Of a DNA stretch of 64,000 nt, positions 37,106 to 47,501 are shown one piece after another. The position numbers and the translations under genes are program-made. Each line of letters opens with the position of its first letter. Positions within the stretch are counted from its first letter, which is position 1. The notes under the pieces were generated by a model. It searched no databases. It had not been told where the DNA came from and saw only the letters and a program-made list of their open reading frames with translations. The stretch comes from a phage, in the sequence record NC_103192.1, one strand, 5' to 3'.

Positions 37106-40100
37106 ATGAGCATGTATAGCTTCGATTTTGAGGCCTCCGGGCTTTTGGAAGATCCAGATCTTTATTATCACTGCGGCCTGTTTAAAGAGCTGAATAAGAA
37201 CCGTTTTATGCTGTTCCTCCCTCTAAATGACCGCACACACTACTCCGAGGAGGATATAGAGAAGGCTAAGAACTTTATTCTGGCAAAGAAAACTCTTTAT
37301 AAAGATTTTGAAGTTCGCATAGCAGATTTTTCAGAGTTGGAAGGTTGGCTTACAGGCAATTCTGACTGGTCACCAACAGCTTTGAACTGCCATAACTGCT
37401 ACAGTTATGACTTTATGCTGATGGAGAGATTATCCGGTATTCATTTTGATATGTTCCGTGATCCTAAATGCATGGGTACTATCAACGATCACCAGGTTAA
37501 CCTGTTTGATACGTTGGCGATGAGCCGAATCTTGTGGCCTGATCGCCCTTTACCAAAAGGTTGCCCGGACGCTGTATTCAACCCGGTTACTAAGAAAATG
37601 CAGCCTGTTGGTCCTCACGGCCTTATGGCATGGGGCTACGCTCTTGGTAACCAGAAAGTTCAAATTGATGACTGGCGCGATCTTCCGCTGTGGAAGTATG
37701 TGGATCGTGTATTTGAGGACGTTATCATCCAGGAGCTGCTCTGGAAAGAGCTAGTAGCGGAATCAAAAGGTGTATTCTACGGCAAATCTGACATGCAGAA
37801 CTTCATGTATGACCCTGCCAAAGAGAAGCCTAAAGGATTCAAGAAGATTACCTGGAAGAATGCATTACGCCGAGGCATGCTGCAGCACTTCCTGATGGAG
37901 CTGCAGGCCCGTCAGGGTGTGTATTTCGACATAGATGGGGCTATTGCTTTACGTGACCGTTGCGATGCGTGGATGAAAGAGATCGCTGATCGTGTTGAAC
38001 CTCAACTCCCTTTAAAAGAGTTGTCAATATCTCAGCGGCCCAAGTTCCCTGAAAAGCCGTTTAACCAAGATGGGACAATCTCCAATAATGGTTGGAAATG
38101 GTTAAAAGATAAGCTTGGCTACCCTGTGGACATGAGCGCTTTAGATTTCAAAGCCCCACCTAAGCGAGCATTTACCTCCACAGGAGATGTCAGTAAGATG
38201 GGGATAAAATGGTGTGAAGAGATGGGCTGCAAAGACCCCGATAAGATGGCTGCTTTCTTGAGAGGCTATATTAAGGGCACTTCCACACCACAACCTTTAC
38301 CTAAAGAGCTGATGGATCAGGCAATAAGTGATCTACAGCAGAAGCGAATGCCTGACTGCAAGATACCTATGAAAATCAGCAATCAGGACGACATTAAGCG
38401 ATACCTGATCAGTGCTGGTTGGCTTCCGACAATGTGGAGAACTAAGGATGTAACTAAAGACAGCAAGAAGAAAGCTCTACCTGATGCAGATGTTGATGCA
38501 CGAGTATATGCATATATGGACGAGCTTTTAGAGTCAGAGTATTGTGACCTAATTATCAACTTCTGGAACAAAACTGATGCTAAGTTTCAGACAACAGTGC
38601 ACAAGTTCCGAAGCTTTCCTAACTCCGAAAGGATTAAAAAGGAAGTATTCGGGAAAATACGCAGAAAAGCTAGGGCACTTATTACTTCCCCGCAACTGAA
38701 AGATACGTTTGGACACCTATGCCCGAATCTTGAAAGATTGAACGGAGAGATGGCTAAAGATATCGTCTTGTGGTTATCATTGCGAAACCGCAGATCGGTA
38801 CTTGATCCAATCAAGGAGGATAAGGTTGATACTGGTCTTCTTAATCACCCACGTTTGAAGATTGACCATAAGCTTCCTGCTAAAAGCTCTGGATTAACAA
38901 ACACTTCCCGACAGAAACACAGTATTTGTGCAAACATGCCTAAACCATCTCCTAAAGTGGTTATGGGTAAAGAGATGCGTAGTCTGTGGGGTGTTCCTCC
39001 AGGATACTTTGAGATCGGTATTGACGGGTCTAACTTGGAGCAGCTTATCGGGGCTTGGGGTGCCTTTGAGTTCGACAACGGCCTGTATTACGATGTTGTA
39101 AGTAACGGCGATGCACACTGTTATTCAGGAGATACACAAATTCTCACGGAGAAAGGGTGGGTGAGGTTTGAAGATCTTGATCCGGGAACACAAGTGTTCC
39201 AGTACGATCACAACACCTCGTCGATGAACCTTGTTACTCCATTAAATTACGTTAAGCGTAGTTATTGTGGGGATATGTATCATTTCCACAACAGCGGTGT
39301 GGATTTTATGGTTACAGATCAACACAGGATGCTGACCGTGGATCACAGAAGCAATAAATTGTTTGAAGATTTGGCAAAAGACCTGAAAGCAGGTAAAGGG
39401 TCTAATTCAGGAAGAAGGTTTATCCATGCGGCAGAGTTTTATGGGAATACAACCTTATCTCCTGCCCAGGTTAATTTGCTTATTGCTATTCACGATGATG
39501 GGCACTTGCATACAAATAAGGACGGCAGCATCGTGTGCAGGATTCAGGTCGGGAAGGGCAGAAAAGTTGCAACGCTTTTAGATACTTTTTCTGCTCTAAG
39601 CCTTAGTTATGTAGAGCAGAGCGGGAAAACCACAAAAGGGGGCTTACTGGCGAGAAGGTTCCAATTCCACGTTCCGTCCTGGGTATTTGAGTTTTTGGAC
39701 AGCAATAAGGATTTCACCTACAACCTGATGGACCTTGATAAAGAATCTAAAAACCTGTTTATAGCTTCTTTATCTAACTGGGACGGGTGGGTATCTTCCG
39801 AAGGTGGAAAAGTTGCCTACTACTCTCAGGCCGAGTGCAGGAAGAAATCTGTAGAGGTTGTGTCTGCGCTGGCTACTCAGTGTGGTTTACGGAATAATAC
39901 GGTAGCGATTCACAAAAAAGGTCGTTCCGTACAGCACAGAATCACGATTGGTAGCAAACAGAGAGCAGGGTTGCTGACACTATCTAAAGAGTCTGTCGAG
40001 GTGAGCGGTTCTTTGGTTTATTGCGTTACCGTCCCTTCTGGAGCAATCATTGTGAGAAGGAATGGTAAAGTGGCAGTGTGCGGTAACTGTAATAACGCCA

Positions 40101-41180
40101 AAGCTTACTCTTCTGTAGCAGGCAAGGAGATTTCCCGTAACGATGGTAAGCCTGTCACGTACGGTGTTATGTACGGGGCACAAAAAGATAAAGTTGCAGA
40201 TATGCTGGACATCTCTCCAGAGTTGGGACAAAGGGTAATCGATGCGCTTTGGGATGCCAACCCCGGTCTTAAGGGGCGTAAAGAGGATCTGGAGAAATTC
40301 TGGGAAGCAACTGGTAAGAAGTTTATCTACTCTTTTGATGGTCATGCCATCTGGACCCGATCTAAACACTCTTTACTTAATGCATACCAACAAAATGGTG
40401 GTGCATCGTTGTGTGACTTAGTTGGGATACTCATGCACCACCAAATGGTGAAGCGTGGGTGGTACGATGAAGGTGTTCGCCGTATTATCTATTACCATAA
40501 ATAACATTGTGGCTTCGTGCAGTGATGCACGTCGAAAACCTCTTTAATTGACGGGAAGGCTAAGTTGACTTTTACACCTAAACATGGTAAAAGCTCGATA
40601 TGCTAATCCGCAGCGAAGCATCCGAGAGGATGAACGTTCAGAGACTATCGAAAGCATAGCTCCAGCATAGTTTGGTGTGAAGAAGCGAGTAGAGTAGGCC
40701 AGCAAGTGCGGTCGAAATGAGAGGTGCCTTGGTAACAAGGCAGTGAGATAGTCCGATCCATACGGGAAACTGTATGGCTATGCACGTAATGGTGCGGGGT
40801 AGCTTAACGACCTACCTGAACTATTGGATGAGTACCAACTTCAAGTACCTGACACACCGAAGTATAAGACTGTGTACACCTTCGACACAATCGAAGAACT
40901 GGAAGCATTTAAGGCAGAGCAGGAGGCCAAACTTCATGTGTTCGACGGTCATAAGTACAAAAAGGCACGCAAGGATGAGGACGGAAACGAAGTGGTTGAC
41001 AGAGACGGAAACACGGTGTACGATCCTATCCTGAACGATGACGGAAAGCTTGAACTTATCTGGAGCCCTGTGGGTGAAATGGTGGTGCATTGCTTCTGGC
41101 AAGCTTCTAAAATGATGGGCGTCCCATTCCAGATCACAGGTGAATACTTGTGTGGGGCTAATTGGGGTAGTTGTCACTAA
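37106..41180 (+). CDS. family A DNA polymerase, exons 37106-40498 and 40827-41180, containing an intein
   Basis: N-terminal exo motif FDFEASGL; motif A IDGSNLEQL; KPVTYGVMYGAQ (motif B region); HDE motif split across the intron (YYH | DEYQL); C-terminus GANWGSCH. Confidence 0.85.
39119..40087 (+). mobile_element. intein (323 aa) with LAGLIDADG-like homing endonuclease domain
   Basis: begins CYSGDTQILTEKGW (block A), block B TDQH, LAGLIDADG-like LLIAIHDDGHL and LFIASLSNWDGW, ends ...VCGN followed by Cys +1; extein flanks GDAH/CNNAK fit the family A pol O-helix region. Confidence 0.7.
40499..40826 (+). ncRNA. group I self-splicing intron (ORF-less)
   Basis: core elements P aattgacgggaagg (40546-40559), Q aatccgcagc (40605-40614), R gttcagagacta (40636-40647), S agatagtcc (40746-40754); 5' exon ends in U, intron ends in G; restores the HDE motif in frame. 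Confidence 0.8.
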
Positions 41181-41229
41181 TGTAAACTATCAACACATGG
41201 AAGTGTTGTTGAGCAAAGAGGAGACTTTT

Positions 41230-41514
41230 ATGGTAGTAGAACCAACAAAAACATTTACATCCATGACTATCCCTGTTATTATGCAGGTGGAGTGTGTTCA
41301 GGTATCTCAAGTGTGGCCTGGCACTAAAATCCCAACAGGGCCTGATTTCTTTCAGGTTGGGAAAGTGTATAATGTCTGGAAGGCACCAGATTGTTACCCT
41401 TTCATTAAAGATGACCGTGGGATGCTGTGGTATCTTGGAAATGATTTGACACTGCACCTTGGGAATGCTATTATTGCAGTATTCAGACTTAACAAGAAGG
41501 AGACCGATCAATGA
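41230..41514 (+). CDS. hypothetical protein (small paralog family)
   Basis: ATG 6 nt after AGAGGAG; shares a KDD.G..W(Y/F)L motif with the next two ORFs. Confidence 0.5.
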   Translation: MVVEPTKTFTSMTIPVIMQVECVQVSQVWPGTKIPTGPDFFQVGKVYNVWKAPDCYPFIKDDRGMLWYLGNDLTLHLGNAIIAVFRLNKKETDQ

Positions 41515-41738
41515 CAACTTTGGTTAAAGCTACTTTTGTAGAAGAAAAGATGACAGACCTGTCCTTCTTTAAAGAAGGAAAGACCTACGAGGTTTATTAC
41601 GATAAAAATCGTGCAAACAAGATGATTAAAGACGAGGAAGGGATTGCCTGGTTTATCTCCCATCTGGCAAACGGTGAGTATCATATCTACGGAACCACCC
41701 TGCTTGCCAAGTTTGTAGCTGTTGAAGAGGATCTATGA
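41511..41738 (+). CDS. hypothetical protein (small paralog family)
   Basis: 75 aa, motif IKDEEGIAWFISH. Confidence 0.5.
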   Translation: MTTLVKATFVEEKMTDLSFFKEGKTYEVYYDKNRANKMIKDEEGIAWFISHLANGEYHIYGTTLLAKFVAVEEDL

Positions 41739-41929
41739 AAGTAAAGTATCTGGCTGAAGGTATGAGTAGGTATTTTACCCTCGGAGAGGAGTATTGGCCC
41801 TTTACGGAAAATGGAGATGTATACGTGAAGGATGACCAAGGTGTGCCGTGGTTTCTGCACCATAATGGGTTGGGGTATTCCATCTACTGTGGTGCAGTGA
41901 ACAATACAACCCTTGCAGAGTTTGTCTAG
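41735..41929 (+). CDS. hypothetical protein (small paralog family)
   Basis: 64 aa, motif VKDDQGVPWFLHH. Confidence 0.5.
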   Translation: MKVKYLAEGMSRYFTLGEEYWPFTENGDVYVKDDQGVPWFLHHNGLGYSIYCGAVNNTTLAEFV

Positions 41930-41939
41930 AGGAGGCAGA

Positions 41940-42311
41940 ATGTTAGTAAAAGGTACCCACACAGTCAAGCAACGTATTGAAGTTGAGATCGATGATTGTG
42001 AGCTGAAGCATATTTTGCGGTCATGCTCCAACGTTTTGCTCCTTAGTGTTCTCCAGGAGCGAGCGGAGAACGAGTTCTTAAATGCACTGGCAGGCCGTCC
42101 TGGTGACTTCTGTGTACGTAAACGTGGAAATAACAAACCGTGGCTATGGGAAATCGATGCCAGCTGGGATTACCACAAAAATGAGGGTATAGATGAGCCT
42201 ATTCGCGAACTGACTGAAAACGAAGTTCAGATGTACGAAGATGTTTGCCAGTGGGCAAAAAGTCAACAAACCTACCTTGATCCTTGGTGGATGATTGAAA
42301 ATAGTCGTTGA
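41940..42311 (+). CDS. hypothetical protein
   Basis: ATG after AGAGGAGG. Confidence 0.5.
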   Translation: MLVKGTHTVKQRIEVEIDDCELKHILRSCSNVLLLSVLQERAENEFLNALAGRPGDFCVRKRGNNKPWLWEIDASWDYHKNEGIDEPIRELTENEVQMYEDVCQWAKSQQTYLDPWWMIENSR

Positions 42312-42387
42312 CAACAGGTCGGGGTAGATGTAAGATACCCCACACAAACAGAGCGTTGATTTTTAAATAACTAAGGAGACTGCCAAG

Positions 42388-42642
42388 ATGAAAATTACTT
42401 TGAAGCCAGAATGCGTTGCAAATGACCTAGCTTTTAAGGATTGCACAGTCGGTGCAATTTATGAAGCAGAGTTTTGTGAGAACCCTCTGGTAAAAGCCCT
42501 TCTGGAAGAAGGGGCCCCTTTATCACAAGAAGAGATTGATGAGCTGGAAAACTCAGCCCAGTGCCTTACCTTTAAAGATGATGAAGGAGACTCTGTCTGG
42601 TGCACTGTTAATGAAGTAGTTTTTGTAAAACCTGAGCATTAA
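42388..42642 (+). CDS. hypothetical protein (paralog of 42673-42966)
   Basis: 84 aa; KPECVANDLAFKDCTVGAIY parallels KPDYLEKDSAFRDCTADKVY in the next ORF. Confidence 0.5.
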   Translation: MKITLKPECVANDLAFKDCTVGAIYEAEFCENPLVKALLEEGAPLSQEEIDELENSAQCLTFKDDEGDSVWCTVNEVVFVKPEH

Positions 42643-42672
42643 TACTTGACAACATCGATAGGGCCTAATACA

Positions 42673-42966
42673 ATGGCTCTATCAAAACGGAAGGGGACCA
42701 CAGCAATGACCAAACAATATCAACGAATTAAAGCCAAGGTTAAGCCAGACTACTTGGAGAAGGACTCTGCTTTTCGGGACTGCACCGCAGACAAAGTTTA
42801 CACAGGTGCTGTTCTGTTAAACGATGAATTTGAAGTGGATGTTCTTGGCAAAGAGGCCGTTATCGAAGATGACAACGGGGACTGTGTTTTCTGCACCACC
42901 CGTGAGCTGGAAGTCTTAGAATACTTCGGTGAAATCTTCAACTCATTAGATGACGAGGAAGTGTGA
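42673..42966 (+). CDS. hypothetical protein (paralog of 42388-42642; start uncertain)
   Basis: conserved motif as above; ATG at 42673 or 42706. Confidence 0.4.
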   Translation: MALSKRKGTTAMTKQYQRIKAKVKPDYLEKDSAFRDCTADKVYTGAVLLNDEFEVDVLGKEAVIEDDNGDCVFCTTRELEVLEYFGEIFNSLDDEEV

Positions 42967-43367
42967 TGAAAAACATTTGGGATATTAGTATCTTTGAAGC
43001 CTCTGAGCTTGACGGTGCCGATGGGGTTATTATAGTTTCTGATGGAAAGGCAACATTGACCTCTGGACTGACCTATGAGGACACTACCTACGCATTGGGC
43101 GATCTTGCCTTGTTGAAATCAACAGGTGACTCTCTGGAAGAACGTCTGCAAGGATTTGCCTTTAAAGAAGGCACAAGCACCACACTGATGTGCACTACAC
43201 GCACTGTTCAGTTGGGCAACGGGGTCTATATGGTCATTGCTGTGTGCCCCAAATTCAGCAACATTAATAAAGATGATGCTGACGCTGTCAACGACGTGGT
43301 TGTCCTCTTCGTTGGTGACGCTATGGCAGATCTGATGAATGCAGGAGAAGCAGCAAATGAAGACTGA
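42966..43367 (+). CDS. hypothetical protein
   Basis: 133-aa ORF. Confidence 0.5.
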   Translation: MKNIWDISIFEASELDGADGVIIVSDGKATLTSGLTYEDTTYALGDLALLKSTGDSLEERLQGFAFKEGTSTTLMCTTRTVQLGNGVYMVIAVCPKFSNINKDDADAVNDVVVLFVGDAMADLMNAGEAANED

Positions 43368-43659
43368 AAACATCAACCCAACAGGATTCTTGAAAGTATA
43401 CCGTGAACTGCTATATACTACAGAGGACAGTGTTCTAGAGTACCCAGAATACCTTTTGCTGTATAAGTATCTACAGGAAGCTGGTGAAAATCTACCAGTT
43501 AGTGCAGAAGGCGGTCCAAACTGGGTCTACAGCGCATGGAGAAAGGTTGACATTCTCCCAGATCCAGGAAAAGATATGGTAGTTTGGCAGCTTATCAACA
43601 ACATCGGGATTCCAATCTTCGACGAAGCTGTTAAAATCTATTTTGAACTTGACGATTAA
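43357..43659 (+). CDS. hypothetical protein
   Basis: ATG after AGGAGA. Confidence 0.5.
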   Translation: MKTENINPTGFLKVYRELLYTTEDSVLEYPEYLLLYKYLQEAGENLPVSAEGGPNWVYSAWRKVDILPDPGKDMVVWQLINNIGIPIFDEAVKIYFELDD

Positions 43660-43676
43660 TATCAGGAGACCTTAAG

Positions 43677-43922
43677 ATGACTGAAGTAGTTGCTCGCGCA
43701 GGACAGAAAGTACGTTGTGTTGAAGTGGGTTTTGGTGGCAAAGGGTGTCAAAACTTGACTCAAGGTAAGGAATACACTGTTGTTTCTGGCGGTGGTGACA
43801 AAAGTATTGTGTTCGATGACCATATTCTGGATGTTGAAAACTTTGAAATAATTGATGATGATGGTGATCCGATCACCTGCCTGCTGGACGGGAATTGGGG
43901 AACTTTTGAAGTGATTGGCTAA
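43677..43922 (+). CDS. hypothetical protein
   Basis: 81-aa Gly-rich ORF. Confidence 0.5.
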   Translation: MTEVVARAGQKVRCVEVGFGGKGCQNLTQGKEYTVVSGGGDKSIVFDDHILDVENFEIIDDDGDPITCLLDGNWGTFEVIG

Positions 43923-44005
43923 CAAATACCTATTGTAATTTGCAGAAGGGGATGCTAAAATAGTGTCTCCTTCTATGTTGTTCAAATAAAATCGGAGATT
44001 CCATA

Positions 44006-44371
44006 ATGGAACAAATGAACGATCAAACGTCGGTTGCGATGAACGAGCAAGAACAACCTCAAGAATTTTTCTTAGGGTTAAGTAAAGATCAAGTGTCTCT
44101 TCTGCTAGTGCTTTCTTCTTTCATGGGAAGACTTCAGGAGCTTACACAACAGCCAGAGGCTGAACAATTATTCCAGGCGCTGCGTGAAGAAGAAAAATAT
44201 CGTCGTTTGGACTATGCCTTAGGTTGGGTAGCTCAACAACGAGATATGCTGATGGCCCTCTCTGGGACCACAAGTTTTGCAATGGGCCTGTTGGCTCAAG
44301 TTCAGGACAAATTAATTCAAGCAGGGTTTGCACACACAGCAAACACCAACGAAGAACAAGGAGACAAATAA
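44006..44371 (+). CDS. hypothetical protein
   Basis: 121-aa ORF, TAATG overlap with the next gene. Confidence 0.5.
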   Translation: MEQMNDQTSVAMNEQEQPQEFFLGLSKDQVSLLLVLSSFMGRLQELTQQPEAEQLFQALREEEKYRRLDYALGWVAQQRDMLMALSGTTSFAMGLLAQVQDKLIQAGFAHTANTNEEQGDK

Positions 44372-45639
44372 TGAGTGTTATTCAACAATTTGCCAACCCG
44401 ATGAATCCGCGTGAGACTGTTTTACTGGCTCACGGCATGATTAAACGTGTTAGCATCAAGCCTATCAAAGGTGCTGATCCTACAACAGGTATTAAAACCA
44501 CTGTGTGGCAAGGTAAGAAAATTGAATCCAGCCACACCATTTCTTTACTGATTTCTGAACTGGATTCCTCTGATAACCTGCTTCAAGGTGGTGAAGAAGT
44601 CTGGATCAGCATGGGTGATAAGCTGCTTAAGCCTGGTCATCAAGACTCCGTCTCTGTTAAAATTGATGACAAGTGGGAAACAGTAACGCCAGGATGGATC
44701 GTAAATATCCCTTTAAAGGCAAATGAGCATAACGGTAAGACCTACTACAAAGGCTCACTGGCTAAAATGGTTAAGTTGGGGGCAGGAGAGGCTCCAGCAG
44801 CGACTCAGCAGCAAAAACAGCAACAAGGTGCACAATCACAAGGTCAGAAGCAGAAACCTCAGCAGAATGCCAATCAGGACGTTTTACGCATCTATGGCGA
44901 TGTGACTCAGATTGTTGGCAACGTGGTTACTGTTAATGACCACAAGATTGGCGAAGGTGCCATGGTTGTCACTGATGAGCAGCTTAAAGATCTGGTGGTA
45001 GGTGGTCGTGTTGCAGCCATTGTTGACAAAGACACCGGAAACATTATCAGTGGTTTCAAAGCCTATCCACCTAAGGCAGAGAACGGCACTCAAGGCTCTG
45101 GTGGCAAGCGTAAATCCTCTTACGACCCTATTGGTGTAGAGACGGGGCACAGCATTAATGCGTTGCAGATCATCTTGGATCGCGGGTTTAAGGTAGACAA
45201 TCCTTTAGACGTAGCTAAAACACTACACGTGGTCACCATTGAGCTTAAGAAAGAGTACGCTCAAGCCACCAACCGAACCGAAGATGAAGTGGGTGCCAGT
45301 GTCGGTAATGCGGTGTTGAACGCTTGTCGCCGTATTGACAAGAAAACGAAAGTTGATGATTTTGCAGCGGCAATTACTGCAGAAGCAAAAGATGTCTTGA
45401 CTAATCTGGCTGAGCCGTTGTACGATTGGATCAAGAACGGTGCTGGAGCCACTGACCATCAAGAGCCTCAAGCTGCCAAACAGGAAGCCACCCCACAGCA
45501 AAACACTGTAGACGCTCCTCCTGTAGATGATGCGGAAGACGACCCGATGGATCAGAATCCGGCACAGTATGAGTTCGATGACATACCTTTCGCTCCGGTG
45601 GGTTTGCAATATGGCAAAAGTAGAATCCACGCATTGTAA
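44371..45639 (+). CDS. putative single-stranded DNA-binding protein (acidic DDIPF tail)
   Basis: ATG after AAGGAGA; Q-rich linker, acidic C-terminal region ...[22 protein letters not shown] resembling bacterial SSB tips; assignment tentative. Confidence 0.5.
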   Translation: MSVIQQFANPMNPRETVLLAHGMIKRVSIKPIKGADPTTGIKTTVWQGKKIESSHTISLLISELDSSDNLLQGGEEVWISMGDKLLKPGHQDSVSVKIDDKWETVTPGWIVNIPLKANEHNGKTYYKGSLAKMVKLGAGEAPAATQQQKQQQGAQSQGQKQKPQQNANQDVLRIYGDVTQIVGNVVTVNDHKIGEGAMVVTDEQLKDLVVGGRVAAIVDKDTGNIISGFKAYPPKAENGTQGSGGKRKSSYDPIGVETGHSINALQIILDRGFKVDNPLDVAKTLHVVTIELKKEYAQATNRTEDEVGASVGNAVLNACRRIDKKTKVDDFAAAITAEAKDVLTNLAEPLYDWIKNGAGATDHQEPQAAKQEATPQQNTVDAPPVDDAEDDPMDQNPAQYEFDDIPFAPVGLQYGKSRIHAL

Positions 45640-46234
45640 GAGGTGCATCAAGTGTGGAGAGGTGAAAAACCTCTCCGAGTTCTACAAACATCCAAAGATG
45701 TCTGACGGTCATCTTAATAAGTGCAAAGAGTGTTGCAAGAAGGCCAGCAGGGAGGCTGACCAATTTTCCCACGACTCTTCAGAAAAAGGTGTGATCCGCG
45801 TGTTGTACAAGACTCAAAAGTGCAACAGTAAGAAGAGAGGTCACCCACCTCCGACTTACACCAAAAAAGAGTTTAAGGAGTGGCTATACCTAAACGGTTA
45901 CAAAGAGTTGTATGACCAATGGGTAGCCAGCGGATACGACAAAAGGAAAAAGCCTTCTTGTGACAGGATAGATGATTTCAAAGGGTACTCTTTTGATAAT
46001 ATCCGTTTAACGACTTGGGGAGAAAATAAAGACAAGCAGACAGAGGATATTCTGTTACATAGAAGCACCAGCGGTAGACGGTGTAAAAATGTAAGGAGGC
46101 TGGACATGAATGGCAACGTTCTTAAAGAATGGGTATCCCACAATTCTTGTAGAAGAGAAACCGGAATATGTGTTGATTACTACATTCATGAAAAAATTCC
46201 AGCCCCAGATGGATACCTCTACGAATACTTTTAG
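45611..46234 (+). CDS. HNH homing endonuclease
   Basis: zinc-binding cysteines [10 protein letters not shown]...KCKECC and HNH_3-type [18 protein letters not shown]; start overlaps the 3' end of the SSB-like gene. Confidence 0.7.
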   Translation: MAKVESTHCKRCIKCGEVKNLSEFYKHPKMSDGHLNKCKECCKKASREADQFSHDSSEKGVIRVLYKTQKCNSKKRGHPPPTYTKKEFKEWLYLNGYKELYDQWVASGYDKRKKPSCDRIDDFKGYSFDNIRLTTWGENKDKQTEDILLHRSTSGRRCKNVRRLDMNGNVLKEWVSHNSCRRETGICVDYYIHEKIPAPDGYLYEYF

Positions 46235-46249
46235 CACCTAACTAACATA

Positions 46250-46277
46250 GCCCTGCCCGAAAGGGTGGGGCATTTTT
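46250..46277 (+). terminator. intrinsic terminator (repeated hairpin, copy 2)
   Basis: ccctgcccgaaagggtgggg followed by catttttg. Confidence 0.6.
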
Positions 46278-46296
46278 GTATAAGGAGATCTGAAAA

Positions 46297-46713
46297 ATGA
46301 CATTAGAAGATATCATTGTTAAACCTGAGAACTATGACCAATACAACCTGTCAACTCAATCTGTAGACCTCGGATGCGCCACAGTCAGTGCATGGCTGGT
46401 TAACGGAAAAGAGCTTGACGAGTGCCTGGAAGCTCACATGTCTATTAACAAGTTTCTGGATGAAAATACTCACTGGCTTGAGGGTGCAGGAGTATATGCT
46501 TCATGGTTGGAAAGTATGGGATTCGACTACCAATCTGAAGAAGGGTGGTGGAGCTATTTAGCTATCTGCCCAGAGACGCTGCAATGCTTCATGAAATATT
46601 CTGAAGATTTGGAGTACCGGGCGGTGGTTGATAGTGCTATTGCCCGTTATAGCCGTAAACCTTTTTCCCACGACATTAAAACTGTGGAAGAATTTGTTGA
46701 AGTTTTCTGTTGA
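46297..46713 (+). CDS. hypothetical protein
   Basis: 138-aa ORF after AAGGAGA. Confidence 0.55.
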   Translation: MTLEDIIVKPENYDQYNLSTQSVDLGCATVSAWLVNGKELDECLEAHMSINKFLDENTHWLEGAGVYASWLESMGFDYQSEEGWWSYLAICPETLQCFMKYSEDLEYRAVVDSAIARYSRKPFSHDIKTVEEFVEVFC

Positions 46714-46809
46714 CACAGGTTGGAAGGTGTGTAATTATAACCTTGTAGAGCTGGAGGACGTGATGAACGAAGAAAACTGGGATGTATAACTAACAGGAGG
46801 CCACTGCCC

Positions 46810-47007
46810 ATGATTTATCGAATCCGTGTAAGAGAAGATGCACCAGGCTGTTACTTTGACTGGCGTGGGTGGTGGTTTCTCCACCCAATGGATGGACTCA
46901 CAGATAGAATGCTAGATGCTGCCCTTTACACAGATACTGACATAGAGTATAATCTTTACTTGAAGGATGGTATCGATAACGGCCTGTTTGAAGCAATTCC
47001 TGCGTAA
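46810..47007 (+). CDS. hypothetical protein
   Basis: 65-aa ORF after AGGAGG. Confidence 0.45.
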   Translation: MIYRIRVREDAPGCYFDWRGWWFLHPMDGLTDRMLDAALYTDTDIEYNLYLKDGIDNGLFEAIPA

Positions 47008-47075
47008 GAGAATGTGATCGCCATGTTTTATGATCTCCCTGTAGCACCACCACCTGTTGAACCTGGAGAACCAAG

Positions 47076-47501
47076 ATGATTTATGAAATGCCAAAACTGA
47101 TTCGTGACGATGCACGAAACGCCCACACCTTTATTATGGGCAAGCGCATGGATATTATTTGCCACAAAGATTTCTGGGAAGGGAGCTACTTCACAGAATA
47201 TTTTGGAAAAATGGATGATGGCCTACTGATCCAGTTCTACACCGATGCGGAAAACAACATTAATTGGGAGTTCGAGACCGAAGATATCCATAAACTTTTC
47301 ACCTTCCTCAATATTAAGGTTAAGGCCAAGTTTGAAGAGGGTGAGTGCGACGATTGTGGATTTTATGAGGTAACAGATTTCTATCTTCCTAGTGGTAAAA
47401 ACCTTTACTATGAAAGCCACTTCGGTAACTCCAATATGCCACAGTGCTGGACTGAGTTTTTTGAAGTTGTGGAAGAGGAGCTGGAATATCGTGATTATTG
47501 A
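47076..47501 (+). CDS. hypothetical protein
   Basis: 141-aa ORF. Confidence 0.55.
   Translation: MIYEMPKLIRDDARNAHTFIMGKRMDIICHKDFWEGSYFTEYFGKMDDGLLIQFYTDAENNINWEFETEDIHKLFTFLNIKVKAKFEEGECDDCGFYEVTDFYLPSGKNLYYESHFGNSNMPQCWTEFFEVVEEELEYRDY

Noticed and set aside
40502-40504. Stop codon at 40502-40504 as the true end of the DNA polymerase (1132-aa ORF 37106-40504)
   Set aside because: The ORF would end inside catalytic motif C; the missing residues resume in frame after a 328-nt sequence with group I intron core elements, so the stop is intronic.
40544-41034. ORFs 40544-40738 (-) and 40774-41034 (+) and 40821-41177 (-)
   Set aside because: They overlap the intron and polymerase exon 2; no start context; best explained as chance ORFs.
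44224-44370. Upstream extension of the SSB-like ORF (track start 44224)
   Set aside because: It overlaps the preceding gene 44006-44371 in another frame; the ATG at 44371 with AAGGAGA upstream and TAATG coupling is the more plausible start.
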